From an uncultured bacterium (GTDB taxonomy: Bacteria; Omnitrophota; Omnitrophia; Omnitrophales; Abzuiibacteriaceae): a stretch of DNA of 64,000 nt. Below the pieces are notes generated by a model. It did not search any database and was not told the origin of the DNA. It worked only from the letters and a program-made list of their open reading frames with translations. The stretch's first letter is position 1, and the number at the start of each line of letters is the position of its first letter. This document shows, piece by piece, positions 45,021-54,675 of this stretch. The stretch is from assembly GCA_964387845.1 (NCBI GenBank), contig CAYLXA010000010.1, positions 37,059 through 101,058 on the forward strand. The letters are read 5' to 3'. The position numbers and the translations under genes are program-made.

Positions 45021-46202
45021 TTATCGAATGATCGTCAAACTCGACGTATAGCCGTGAACGTGATTTCTATTATCGACCGGGCCGAATTCTCCATTAGCAA
45101 AAAACCCCGAGAGCGGGATCGGCCCCCGCATCGCCTGCACCATTTTAGCGTCATGATCCAATTCGCCATACAAACCTTTTCCCCGCCCGCAGCAACTGAC
45201 TAAAATCGCGCCTTCGGAAGTTTTGGATTTCCCCTGCTGTTTTAATTTTCCGAGAAGGATTTTTAAATCTTCTTTCGACGTTGCTGCGTCGCGAAGCTGA
45301 AATTGCAGAGTCTGGCCTGTTTCCAAAAGCGCACCGATAATCAAAGCACCGCTCGTTTCATCGATTCCCATAATATTGCGGATTAAGAAATCTCCGCGTT
45401 CAAAGTTGTACCGATTCTCATCCATCACAAGACCGACAAACAGCGAATGCTGCGCGAGCTGCTGATCATCGGGTAGCAGTGATTTAAATAAATCGCTTAA
45501 AACCTGGAGCGCCGGTTTTCCGGCCAATTCATAAAGGATATTGTTTTCAGATTTGGTGATAATCAGCGGCTCTCCGATCGGCCGGCAGCCTTGGGAAACC
45601 ACGATCTCAAAATGGATATCGCCGGATAAAATAACACCCACTGCACCATCGGAAGCGATATCTGCATTTAAAGAAATCCAATTTTTTGCGCCTACCATTG
45701 CTCCGCTTGCTAATCCGCCCACCAAAGGCAAATTCTTGTAACCTTCGTTGAAAAGTGTCAATAATTTACCGACGTCACAAGTCTGCGGATCCGCTAAGCA
45801 AATAAAATGAGGGTTGCTGGCGGGAACAATGTCGAAATATTCGACCAAATCCTTTCCCGATTCAAACGCTTCAAGTTGGTTTGCGGAAAGAGAAAACGGC
45901 ATTACTTTGGCGCCGTCCAGATGCATGGCCATCACGGAAATGGCGGGTTCCATTTCGATTTCTTTTTTATCGCCTATGACACCACTGGAATTGCATGCGA
46001 TCAAGCACTCCGCGGACGTCAGGCTTTTAAACATATCTAAGAGCGCTTTGGGTTCTGCGTGATAATGTTCGGAGAGAAACAAAACCGCAAGATCACAGCT
46101 CTTGCCTTTGAGATCGGTATTAACTTTGGAAGCCAAGAAACGGATGGCGTTGGAGCCATCCGTTTCTTGTGTAAATGCAGAAGAAAATAATTTTTTTCCC
46201 AT
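45021..46202 (-). CDS. FIST-domain sensory protein
   Basis: 393 aa; N- and C-terminal FIST-like halves (from memory of similar sequences). Confidence 0.5.
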   Translation of the reverse strand: MGKKLFSSAFTQETDGSNAIRFLASKVNTDLKGKSCDLAVLFLSEHYHAEPKALLDMFKSLTSAECLIACNSSGVIGDKKEIEMEPAISVMAMHLDGAKVMPFSLSANQLEAFESGKDLVEYFDIVPASNPHFICLADPQTCDVGKLLTLFNEGYKNLPLVGGLASGAMVGAKNWISLNADIASDGAVGVILSGDIHFEIVVSQGCRPIGEPLIITKSENNILYELAGKPALQVLSDLFKSLLPDDQQLAQHSLFVGLVMDENRYNFERGDFLIRNIMGIDETSGALIIGALLETGQTLQFQLRDAATSKEDLKILLGKLKQQGKSKTSEGAILVSCCGRGKGLYGELDHDAKMVQAMRGPIPLSGFFANGEFGPVDNRNHVHGYTSSLTIIR

Positions 46203-46258
46203 GCGAGCATTATAACATGCCCGGAATGGGGACTTCTAGGCTTGGAATCGAGAACTTA

Positions 46259-46486
46259 TCAGCAGCAAGCGCCGGAATGCGCTAGCGAAATCTCGATTGA
46301 TTTCCCTTTCTTCGCAAAGCTTACTTTTCCTTCGCGTGCCAGCCAACCCAAAGCTTGATTGTACAGAGCTGCGTCGGAAATTTTTGCGCTTTTTTGAAGA
46401 GACGAAGTCGAGGCAGTTCCGCTTTGTTCTAAAGCTTGATAAATCTTGCCCGCTGCTTCACCGATGTAGTAATTTTGGTCGCTCAT
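46259..46486 (-). CDS. small winged-helix-like protein
   Basis: 75-aa ORF. Confidence 0.3.
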   Translation of the reverse strand: MSDQNYYIGEAAGKIYQALEQSGTASTSSLQKSAKISDAALYNQALGWLAREGKVSFAKKGKSIEISLAHSGACC

Positions 46487-46675
46487 GATTGATCTCCTTG
46501 CTTTGCTGTCATGATACAGCTAGGGTTGATGAAAGCTGTGACTTGGGTCACTAATATTGCAGAATATTACGCTCAAAATCAACTTCAATGATTTGGATCA
46601 GCTAAAATTTTTTTCTCATCCACTGCTCACTTTTGTGGGAGATAATAATTTTATCTTGTTATATAATAACCACTT

Positions 46676-47914
46676 ATGAAAAATTCGGCTTCGCTTTCCA
46701 CTGTTTTCCTGGTGGTCATGATAGACCTGATGGGATTTGGAATCGTCCTGCCGCTCTTGGCCTTTTATGGAACAGAATTTAAAGCCACGGCCGTTCAGAT
46801 CGGGCTCCTCTACAGCATTTATTCATTCGCTCAATTAATCTTTTCGCCCATTTGGGGCAGCCTTTCGGACAGGTTTGGGAGGCGGCCCATCATGCTATTA
46901 AGCACTTTCGGATCTATTATTTCTTACGTTATATTCGGATTTGCAAATTCGCTGTGGATTCTTTTCGCATCACGCTTGATCGCAGGCATCATGGGCGGCA
47001 ACATTTCAACCGCACAAGCTTACGTCGCTGATGTGACAACGCACGATGAGCGCGCGAAAGGTATGGGTTTAATCGGCGCCGCATTCGGCATCGGTTTTGT
47101 GATGGGACCGGCCATCGCCACACTATTGATCCATCCTTCTTTTCTAAATTTCGCGCATATTCCGTTCGAGAACCGTTTCTCCATCCCGGGATTTTTTGCA
47201 GCGGCGTTGTCCTTCATTAGTTTTTTGTGTGTTCTATTTAAATTGCCCGAAACGGTAAAATCAGGCGGACTGACGCCGGACAATGAGCGCATTGTCAGGC
47301 CGGGAATTTTCTCAAAATCGTTTTGGGAAGCGGTTTTTAATCAAACAAAATCCGGAGCCTCCGGTCTATTTGCAATGCTGATACTATCCGTTTTCCTGCT
47401 TTCCTTCTCACAAGCCAACTTGTACAGCGCTTTCCCGTTGTTTTGCAAAGATTTGCTTGGCCTCAATGCCGAGAAAGTCGGAATGTTTTTCGTTTATCTT
47501 GGCATGATCGCTGTTTTGATCCAGGGGATTTTTATGAAATCATTGTCGCAAAAATTTGGCGAGCGAAATTTATTTCTCACAGGCAGTATTTTGATGCCCG
47601 CAGGGCTCTTTTTGATACCCTTTGCCCATTCGACAGCCATTTTGATGCTCTTTTTATGTTTAATGGCGGTTGGAAGCAGTTTGTGCGGCCCTACTTTGAA
47701 CAGTTTGATCTCCAAAGAAGCGGATCCGTCAAAAGTAGGCGCCACAATGGGTGTTTCACAGGGCATTGCAAGCTTGGGCCGGGCAATCGGGCCCACATGG
47801 GGAGGATTTTTATACGCGCTTCACTATCATCTGCCGTTTGCAGTTACCGCGATTGTTTTATCGGCCACCATTTGGGTCGGATTAAAACTTCGTTCGCGGA
47901 CACCTTCTCTTTAA
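46676..47914 (+). CDS. MFS transporter
   Basis: 12 TM pattern; GxLaDrxGrR-like motif (SLSDRFGRRP). Confidence 0.8.
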   Translation: MKNSASLSTVFLVVMIDLMGFGIVLPLLAFYGTEFKATAVQIGLLYSIYSFAQLIFSPIWGSLSDRFGRRPIMLLSTFGSIISYVIFGFANSLWILFASRLIAGIMGGNISTAQAYVADVTTHDERAKGMGLIGAAFGIGFVMGPAIATLLIHPSFLNFAHIPFENRFSIPGFFAAALSFISFLCVLFKLPETVKSGGLTPDNERIVRPGIFSKSFWEAVFNQTKSGASGLFAMLILSVFLLSFSQANLYSAFPLFCKDLLGLNAEKVGMFFVYLGMIAVLIQGIFMKSLSQKFGERNLFLTGSILMPAGLFLIPFAHSTAILMLFLCLMAVGSSLCGPTLNSLISKEADPSKVGATMGVSQGIASLGRAIGPTWGGFLYALHYHLPFAVTAIVLSATIWVGLKLRSRTPSL

Positions 47915-48074
47915 TTCTTCGCCAGAATCCAACCGATTAGAAAAATGAATCCGGATCCCAGAAATAAAGTAAGCGCTATCTTTTCACTGTGCAAAAATTC
48001 TCCGGCAAAGATAGCAGAAGGCATCACAATCAGGGCGGCTAACTGCAGCAAACGCCCTATATAGTAAGATAACT

Positions 48075-48150
48075 TCTGCATACAAGCTACAAGCTGCAAG
48101 CTTCAGGCTTCAAGATTCCAACCTGCGGCTTGTGGCCTGCAGCTTGAAGC
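48075..48150. repeat. second copy of the AAGCTACAAGCTGCA-core palindromic element
   Basis: acaagctacaagctgcaagcttcaggcttcaag ... cttgtggcctgcagcttgaagcc. Confidence 0.45.
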
Positions 48151-48421
48151 CGCGTTGTTTGGTTTTTCTATAATTGAGGAATAATACGGCGGCGAAACTT
48201 CCGATGATCAAGAACGGAATCGAGATCATAAACAAAACACTCCAATTAAAGCCCACCGATGTCCATATTTCTTTTAACTTACCGACCGCTTCTTTGCAGG
48301 CTGGGCACGCGTAGGCGCTTTCAGAAAACAGAGGACAGAGAACAGAGAACAGAAAAATCCGGAATGTACGTTCACTCTGTGCTCTGCGCTCTGTGCTCTG
48401 TACTCTTAGTTGTTTCTGCAT
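48110..48421 (-). CDS. possible small CxxC membrane protein; its 5' part overlaps repeat-rich DNA, so the true start is uncertain
   Basis: ACPACKEAV plus one TM helix; the N-terminal third is encoded by CAGAG-type tandem/inverted repeats. Confidence 0.3.
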   Translation of the reverse strand: MQKQLRVQSTERRAQSERTFRIFLFSVLCPLFSESAYACPACKEAVGKLKEIWTSVGFNWSVLFMISIPFLIIGSFAAVLFLNYRKTKQRGFKLQATSRRLES

Positions 48422-48422
48422 A

Positions 48423-48836
48423 TCACATCCTGTACAGCATCCAATAAATCACAACGCCCGTGATAGACACATAAAGCCAGACCGGAAACGCGATTTTAGC
48501 AATTTTCACGTGCTTTTCAAACCTGCTCTTGAGTGCTTGATATAAAGATGCGATTGCAAGCGGCGGAACAAATACGGCTAAAACTGTATGCGAAATCAGA
48601 ATCGTAAAATAAACCGGCCGGATCCAGCCCTGATGCGGAAATGGTGTGCTTCCGTGATGAAAATGGTAATAAAGATAAGAAATCAGGAAAAGTGTGGACG
48701 TTACCATGGCAAAACACATGCAGAGCGCGTGTCCCGTCCATGCCCTTTGCTTGATCATGATAAAGCCCAGCACAATTAAAAGTGCACTGGTCGTATTGAG
48801 CCCTGCGTTTAATGCCGGGAGCGCCTCTAGATTCAT
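48423..48836 (-). CDS. DUF420 membrane protein (associated with cytochrome oxidase operons)
   Basis: 137 aa, 4 TM; conserved His pair YYHFHHG. Confidence 0.55.
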   Translation of the reverse strand: MNLEALPALNAGLNTTSALLIVLGFIMIKQRAWTGHALCMCFAMVTSTLFLISYLYYHFHHGSTPFPHQGWIRPVYFTILISHTVLAVFVPPLAIASLYQALKSRFEKHVKIAKIAFPVWLYVSITGVVIYWMLYRM

Positions 48837-49411
48837 AGGGATTGTGCCTCGCTAAGAAGTTCTTTCATTTTACCGGGTTCCGTACTGTCAAAAAAACCCC
48901 GGATATTGCCTTCCCGGTCAACCAGCACAAACCGGCTGCTATGCATAACAGGTTCAGCGCCCTGTTTTAAATCTTCGTCGCTTGCATCCTGAACGCCCAG
49001 CATAAATCCGCCCGAAACAAGTTCCCAGATTTTTGACTTGTCACCCGTCAGAAAAACCCAGCGGCTTTCATCTGCGCGATATTTTTTCGCATAATCCGAT
49101 AAAACTTGCGGCGTATCATAATCCGGATCCACACTGAACGATACAAACCGTACATCCGTTCCCTTCAAGTCATCCTGCAAATTCATCATCTGCCCGCTCA
49201 TTAAGGGGCACATGCCTTGGCAGCGCGTGAAAATAAAATTGGCAATCCAAACTTTGCCTGTGAGAGAGTCGGATGAAAAAACATTGCTGCTTTGATCAAT
49301 TAATTGAAAGTGCGGCGCTTTTCCGTAAAAAGATTGCCCGGATTCTGCCAAAGCAATCGACGGGCTTAAAATCGGGAAAAGCAAAAAGGATAGAATGAGA
49401 ATAAGTTTCAT
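48833..49411 (-). CDS. SCO1/SenC copper chaperone
   Basis: Thioredoxin-like fold with CxxxC (TRCQGMCP) and a downstream His. Confidence 0.75.
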   Translation of the reverse strand: MKLILILSFLLFPILSPSIALAESGQSFYGKAPHFQLIDQSSNVFSSDSLTGKVWIANFIFTRCQGMCPLMSGQMMNLQDDLKGTDVRFVSFSVDPDYDTPQVLSDYAKKYRADESRWVFLTGDKSKIWELVSGGFMLGVQDASDEDLKQGAEPVMHSSRFVLVDREGNIRGFFDSTEPGKMKELLSEAQSL

Positions 49412-49420
49412 TAGAAAAAT

Positions 49421-50329
49421 TTATTTTAAAATGGCCGCTAATGCGGAACGGATGTCGGGATATTGAAATTGAAATCCGGAAGCCTGTGTCTTTTTCGGTA
49501 AAACTTTCGCGCTTCCAAGCAGTAAAACAGACATTTCTCCAAGTAAGATTTTGAGCACAAATTCGGGAACCGGCATCAAGCACGGGCGGCTCAATACTTG
49601 CGCCAGCACCATAGAAAACGCTTTATTGGTAACCGGCTGAGGCGCCGTTCCGTTCAAAGCGCCGCTGACGCGTTCATTGGCGATTGAAAATTCAATTAAT
49701 CTCACCAGATCGTCCCGATGAATCCAGCTCATCCACTGATTGCCGGATCCGAGCCAGCCGCCTGCGAAAAATTTAAACGGCGGCAGCATTTTCTGAAGTG
49801 CCCCACCGTCTTTTCCCAGCACAATTCCGATCCTGATTTTAACCACACGAACGCCGAAATCCTGAACACGGATTGCGTGCGCTTCCCAGGCCTTGCAAGC
49901 ACCTGCTAAAAAATCGGCTCCTGAGTTTGAATCTTCACTGAGCTCCTCATTTCCGCGCTCTCCATAAATACCGATTGCGGATGCATTGACCAAAACCCGC
50001 GGCTTGCGCTTGGCCCTTTCAATTGAGTGAGCGATGGTTTTAGTGGCATTCACCCGGCTGGTCAGAATTTTTTCTTTTTGCAATTTTGACCAACGCTTCC
50101 CCACAATCGGTTCTCCGGCAAGATTGATCACCGCGTCTGAGCCGTCAATTTCACGGATAATTTGATTGTCGATATCGGGATTCCAGACAACATGGCGGAT
50201 TTTGCCGTGAATTTGGCCGGGCTTTGCGGTGCGGCGTGATAGAACAGTCAGGTCGTGCCCCTGCTTCATCAAGGAATTGACGAGAGCACGGCCTATAAAA
50301 CCGGTGGCGCCGGTAATGACGATTCTCAT
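49421..50329 (-). CDS. TIGR01777-family NAD-dependent epimerase/dehydratase (YfcH-like)
   Basis: MRIVITGATGFIGRAL Rossmann motif; 302 aa. Confidence 0.7.
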   Translation of the reverse strand: MRIVITGATGFIGRALVNSLMKQGHDLTVLSRRTAKPGQIHGKIRHVVWNPDIDNQIIREIDGSDAVINLAGEPIVGKRWSKLQKEKILTSRVNATKTIAHSIERAKRKPRVLVNASAIGIYGERGNEELSEDSNSGADFLAGACKAWEAHAIRVQDFGVRVVKIRIGIVLGKDGGALQKMLPPFKFFAGGWLGSGNQWMSWIHRDDLVRLIEFSIANERVSGALNGTAPQPVTNKAFSMVLAQVLSRPCLMPVPEFVLKILLGEMSVLLLGSAKVLPKKTQASGFQFQYPDIRSALAAILK

Positions 50330-50619
50330 TTTATGAGTGGCTGCTTATCGAAAAGAACTAGAATGGTTAAAATACAGGCGAGAAAAAGCGGAAATACAAC
50401 GATGAAGTAAATAATCAGCTTCTCAAATTTCAGATGCATATAGTAAAGTGCAACGAGCGCGGCTTTTACGATGGCGAGAAAAATTAATAAAAGCATAATT
50501 ATAATTTTCGCGACCGGCAGCTGAGCGGTAAAAATTTCAAGTATCGTTAGAATAAACAAACTCCAGAAAACCGCCGCATAATTGGGCTGCTTGTGGGCTG
50601 CTGCTTCTGTTTCGCTCAC
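50326..50619 (-). CDS. cytochrome c oxidase subunit IV (small subunit)
   Basis: 97 aa with 3 TM helices, directly downstream of subunit III. Confidence 0.55.
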   Translation of the reverse strand: MSETEAAAHKQPNYAAVFWSLFILTILEIFTAQLPVAKIIIMLLLIFLAIVKAALVALYYMHLKFEKLIIYFIVVFPLFLACILTILVLFDKQPLIK

Positions 50620-50630
50620 TTTTTCTCTCC

Positions 50631-51221
50631 TTACACCAAATACAAAATGGTAAACAAAATAATCCAGACCAAATCAACAAAATGCCAGTAAAGGCCGGCG
50701 AGTTCCACGCCTGCGTACTCTTCCGGCGTATATTTTCCGTATAAACTTTTAATAAAAATAACGGCCAGCCAAACAACGCCTGCAAAAACGTGCGCGCCGT
50801 GAAAACCGGTCAGCGTAAAGAAACAGGATCCGAAAATGCTGGATGAAATCGTAAATTCTTTATGATGAATGAGTTCCTGGTATTCGTGATACTGAATCGC
50901 CAAAAAGAGTGACCCAAGAAGAACCGTCAGAAAAAGCCCGACATGGAGACCTTCTTTATAACCACGCTGAATGCTCGCAAGCCCCATCACGAGCGTCATG
51001 CTGCTGCAAATCAAGATAAACGTATTAAAACCGGTTAACGGAATATTAAGAACTGTAGCAGGATCCGGCCATGAGGCCATATTCTGAAACCGGAGCACGA
51101 TATAAGCACCGATAAGCCCCGTGAAAAACATGATTTCGGAAGCCAGAAACAGCCAAATGGCGAACTTGCGCGAATCGACGCCGATTCCGCCCGTGTGTGA
51201 AGGTGTGTGGGTCTGTTCCAT
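50631..51221 (-). CDS. coxC: cytochrome c oxidase subunit III
   Basis: HVVDVVWLF-like and GFHGAHV motifs; 196 aa. Confidence 0.8.
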   Translation of the reverse strand: MEQTHTPSHTGGIGVDSRKFAIWLFLASEIMFFTGLIGAYIVLRFQNMASWPDPATVLNIPLTGFNTFILICSSMTLVMGLASIQRGYKEGLHVGLFLTVLLGSLFLAIQYHEYQELIHHKEFTISSSIFGSCFFTLTGFHGAHVFAGVVWLAVIFIKSLYGKYTPEEYAGVELAGLYWHFVDLVWIILFTILYLV

Positions 51222-51222
51222 A

Positions 51223-52128
51223 TTAAAATCCGGTTCCTTTATCGCCTACCATTAAAATAAAAACAAGTGTCAAATACGCGACCGATGCGCGCAGGACGTA
51301 ACGCGCGCGCTCATCCAGATTCGGAAGCGCGTAAATAATCACAGCCGCAAAACAAATCCCGAGCAAAAAGACACCGAAAAAGTAAACGCTGCCCGTCATT
51401 CCGAAAATAGTCGGCAAGAGGCTTACGCATAAAAGCGCGCTCATATTAAGCACCATTTGCCGGCCCACTATTTTACCGTCCGGGTCCAAAACCGCAAGTG
51501 TCGGAAATCCGGCGCGCGCATAATCGGCTTTGTACATCCAGTCGATCGCAAGAAAGTGCGGGACCTGCCAGAAGAAAATAATTAAAAAAAGCGACAATGC
51601 TTGGATGTTGAACTCCCCGCCTGCGGCCGACCAACCGATTAAAGGCGGCAGCGCTCCTGGAATCGCACCCGCGAAAGTCGCAAGTGACGTCCGTTTTTTA
51701 AGCGGTGTATAGACCAACAAATAACTAAGCGACGTCAGCGCCGCAAAAACCGCGCTTTGCGGATTAACGGAGAAAAAAAGATAGGCAATTCCGGCAAAAG
51801 TTGCCGTCAATCCGAAAATGAGGCCCTGGACGGGCATGAGCCTGCCGGCTGCAACCGGCCGGTTCCGGGTCCGGATCATTTTTGCATCCGCTTCGTGTTC
51901 CATCACTTGATTGAGTGCCATCGCACCCGCTCCGACAAACGCCGTTGCTAAAATAACGCCAAAATACGAAAGAAACGAAATATTTCTTGCGGCCAAATAA
52001 AACCCAACGGATGCGCTGAGCAAGACAAGCGATAAAAGCCTGGGCTTCGCAAGCTCTAGATAATCCTGAATCGTTCCGGAGCGCAAAAATGCCTTCGGCA
52101 ACGCGACAGATTCTGAATGGTGGTTCAT
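51223..52128 (-). CDS. ctaB: protoheme IX farnesyltransferase (heme O synthase)
   Basis: RTRNRP and YTPLKKRT motifs. Confidence 0.85.
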   Translation of the reverse strand: MNHHSESVALPKAFLRSGTIQDYLELAKPRLLSLVLLSASVGFYLAARNISFLSYFGVILATAFVGAGAMALNQVMEHEADAKMIRTRNRPVAAGRLMPVQGLIFGLTATFAGIAYLFFSVNPQSAVFAALTSLSYLLVYTPLKKRTSLATFAGAIPGALPPLIGWSAAGGEFNIQALSLFLIIFFWQVPHFLAIDWMYKADYARAGFPTLAVLDPDGKIVGRQMVLNMSALLCVSLLPTIFGMTGSVYFFGVFLLGICFAAVIIYALPNLDERARYVLRASVAYLTLVFILMVGDKGTGF

Positions 52129-52991
52129 GCGATATTTGCCTTCTGGAATTTATAAATCCGGAGCACCAAAAATACGCCCGTTCCAAGCAGTAAAGCGCCG
52201 AGCGTTTGGTGGCTCGTTACGAAAAACAGGCGGCCAAACGAAGGCTGAATGGTTTCCGGTAAAATCATCGTGTAAATAAAAGAACCCATGCCGAGTGAAA
52301 TTTGAATCAAAGAAATTAATCCGAGAAAAACCGCCGGATAAATCAGCTTTTTCTCTGAAAAGTTCCTGAGCGCATATGCCGCAAGCGCTACCACATGAAA
52401 AATGACCAAAAATGCGCCCGCAATATGCGGAACCAATACAATTCGATGATCGGTATGGCGCACTGTCGCTCCCAAAATCAATTGCAGATAAATAAGAGCA
52501 ATGGTCAGCAGTGCTAATTTTTTAAAAACGGGCAGTTCAGACAAACTTCCCGAAAATTCATTTGACCATTCTTTGGAATAAAAATAAGCGATGGCGATCA
52601 CCGTTGCAAAAAAAGTTTGCGCGAGGCACGCGTGTAAAATAGAAATCGGCGCAGGAAGCAAAAACATAACCGTAAGGCCTCCCAAAATTCCCTGAGCAAC
52701 CACCATACCGAGCGCGGCAATTCCAAGGTGCCTGAGCCAGCGCCGCTTTTCGGTGATTCCGCACCAAATCGTAAAAACAAGCGTCATAAAACCGACTAGG
52801 CTTGCAATCATCCGATGGCCATGCTCGTAAAATATACCGCCCACCATCGGCGGCATCCATTGTCCGTAAGAGAGCGGCCAATCCGGAACCGCGAGGCCGG
52901 AGCCGGTGCTCGTCACCATTCCGCCTGCGATGATCAGGAAAAATGTCACGGCTGCCAATAATTTTGTATATCTCGCCAACCAAATATTCAT
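52125..52991 (-). CDS. ctaA: heme A synthase (COX15/CtaA)
   Basis: Track ORF 52125..53150 trimmed to the ATG at 52991 (MNIWLARYTKLL), which follows the coxA stop; SGLAVPDWPLSYG motif. Confidence 0.65.
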   Translation of the reverse strand: MNIWLARYTKLLAAVTFFLIIAGGMVTSTGSGLAVPDWPLSYGQWMPPMVGGIFYEHGHRMIASLVGFMTLVFTIWCGITEKRRWLRHLGIAALGMVVAQGILGGLTVMFLLPAPISILHACLAQTFFATVIAIAYFYSKEWSNEFSGSLSELPVFKKLALLTIALIYLQLILGATVRHTDHRIVLVPHIAGAFLVIFHVVALAAYALRNFSEKKLIYPAVFLGLISLIQISLGMGSFIYTMILPETIQPSFGRLFFVTSHQTLGALLLGTGVFLVLRIYKFQKANIA

Positions 52992-52992
52992 A

Positions 52993-54675
52993 CTAATTCG
53001 GGTCTGCCTGTGCGTGCCAATCTTTTGAGCGGCCGGGTTCGCTGTATTCATAAGGGCCGCGGTAAACCGTCGGAACCTTCTCAAAATTACCGTGCGGCGG
53101 CGGCGAAGGCGCTGTCCACTCGAGCGTATTGGCTTCCCACGGATTTGCATCGACTTTCTCGCCCCAAAATAAACTTTTGATTAAATTCACGAGCATGACG
53201 ATTTGGGAAACGCCGAGTAAAAACGCGCTGATCGTAATAAACACATTAATCGGCTGCATGTGCTGGATGTGCACATACTGCATCGGATCATAAATCCGGC
53301 GCATGTGGCCGCCGACACCCAAAATATGCATCGGAAAAAATGTGCAGTTGAAGAAAATAAACGTCAAAGCAAAATGAATTTTCCCGAGTTTTTCACTCAT
53401 CCTGCGGCCGAACATTTTCGGAAACCAATAATAAATTCCGGCAAACGCGGCAAACATGCTGCCGCCGAATAAAACATAGTGGATGTGGCCAACGATAAAG
53501 TAAGTGTCGTGAATGAACATATCGACCGCGGTGGACGCCATAAAAATGCCGCTCAAGCCGCCGATCACGAACATCGAAACAAACGCGATCGCATTCAGCA
53601 TTGGGGTCGTAAACCGGAGCGTCCCCCGCCACATCGTCCCGAGCCAGTTAAACGTTTTAATCGCCGACGGAACCGCAATTAACATCGTTGAAAGCATAAA
53701 CGTAGTCCCGATTGCCGGATTCATGCCGCTTTGAAACATGTGATGGCCCCACACGATAAATCCCAAAAACGCGATTGCCGTAATCGCATACACCATCGCT
53801 TTATAACCAAATATTGGTTTCCTGGAAAATGTCGACAGTACGTCCGATACAATTCCCATTCCCGGCAAAATCATGATGTACACCGCCGGATGCGAATAAA
53901 ACCAGAACAAATGCTGCCATAAAATCGCATTCCCACCGCCCTCTGAGAGGAAAAAGTGCGTACCCATGGTGCGGTCAAAAAGAAGCATGATCATTGCAGC
54001 CGTCAAAACCGGCGTTGCGAGAAGCGATAAAATCGAGGTGATAAAAATTGCCCAAGTCGTCAAAGGCATCCTAAAAAGTGTCATGCCAGGTGCGCGCATG
54101 TTAAGGATCGTCGTGATGTAATTCAGAGCGCCCATGATCGAAGACGTTCCGACTAAAATGACGCCGATGATCCAATAAGTTTGGCCGGAAGGTTCAATCG
54201 CACTGAGCGGCGGATAAGCAGTCCACCCCGAAGCACCTGCGCCTCCGGGAACAAAAAATCCTGCGAGCACCACAAAAGGCGCCGGCAAGAAAAACCAGTA
54301 AGAAAGCATGTTGAGGCGCGGAAACGCCATGTCGGGCGCCCCGACTTGCAGAGGAACCACGAAATTTCCGAAGGCGCCGACCAAAATCGGAATAATCGCG
54401 AAGAAAATCATGACGGATGCGTGAATCGTAAACAGCTGGTTATAAAATTCGGGAAGCATAATGCCGCCTACCATCATGCTATCCGGGAACCAATCTCCCA
54501 AAATCGGCATGGGTTTTCCGGGATATGCCAGCTGCCATCTTAATAGAAGCGCCAAAAGCCCGCCGACTAAAAAGAAGAAGAATGTGGTAAATAAAAACTG
54601 GATCCCGATCACTTTGTGATCGACCGAAAATACGTATTTTTTCCAAAAACTCATTTTATGCTGATCGTGACTCAT
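52993..54675 (-). CDS. coxA: cytochrome c oxidase subunit I
   Basis: 560 aa; conserved His ligands in WFFGHPEVY-like (WFYSHPAVY) and GxHHMF (WGHHMF) motifs. Confidence 0.9.
   Translation of the reverse strand: MSHDQHKMSFWKKYVFSVDHKVIGIQFLFTTFFFFLVGGLLALLLRWQLAYPGKPMPILGDWFPDSMMVGGIMLPEFYNQLFTIHASVMIFFAIIPILVGAFGNFVVPLQVGAPDMAFPRLNMLSYWFFLPAPFVVLAGFFVPGGAGASGWTAYPPLSAIEPSGQTYWIIGVILVGTSSIMGALNYITTILNMRAPGMTLFRMPLTTWAIFITSILSLLATPVLTAAMIMLLFDRTMGTHFFLSEGGGNAILWQHLFWFYSHPAVYIMILPGMGIVSDVLSTFSRKPIFGYKAMVYAITAIAFLGFIVWGHHMFQSGMNPAIGTTFMLSTMLIAVPSAIKTFNWLGTMWRGTLRFTTPMLNAIAFVSMFVIGGLSGIFMASTAVDMFIHDTYFIVGHIHYVLFGGSMFAAFAGIYYWFPKMFGRRMSEKLGKIHFALTFIFFNCTFFPMHILGVGGHMRRIYDPMQYVHIQHMQPINVFITISAFLLGVSQIVMLVNLIKSLFWGEKVDANPWEANTLEWTAPSPPPHGNFEKVPTVYRGPYEYSEPGRSKDWHAQADPN

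Noticed and set aside
52558-53734. Overlapping ORFs 52558..52983(-), 53260..53734(+), 53393..53632(-)
   Set aside because: They lie inside or antisense to ctaA/coxA, which carry unmistakable conserved motifs.
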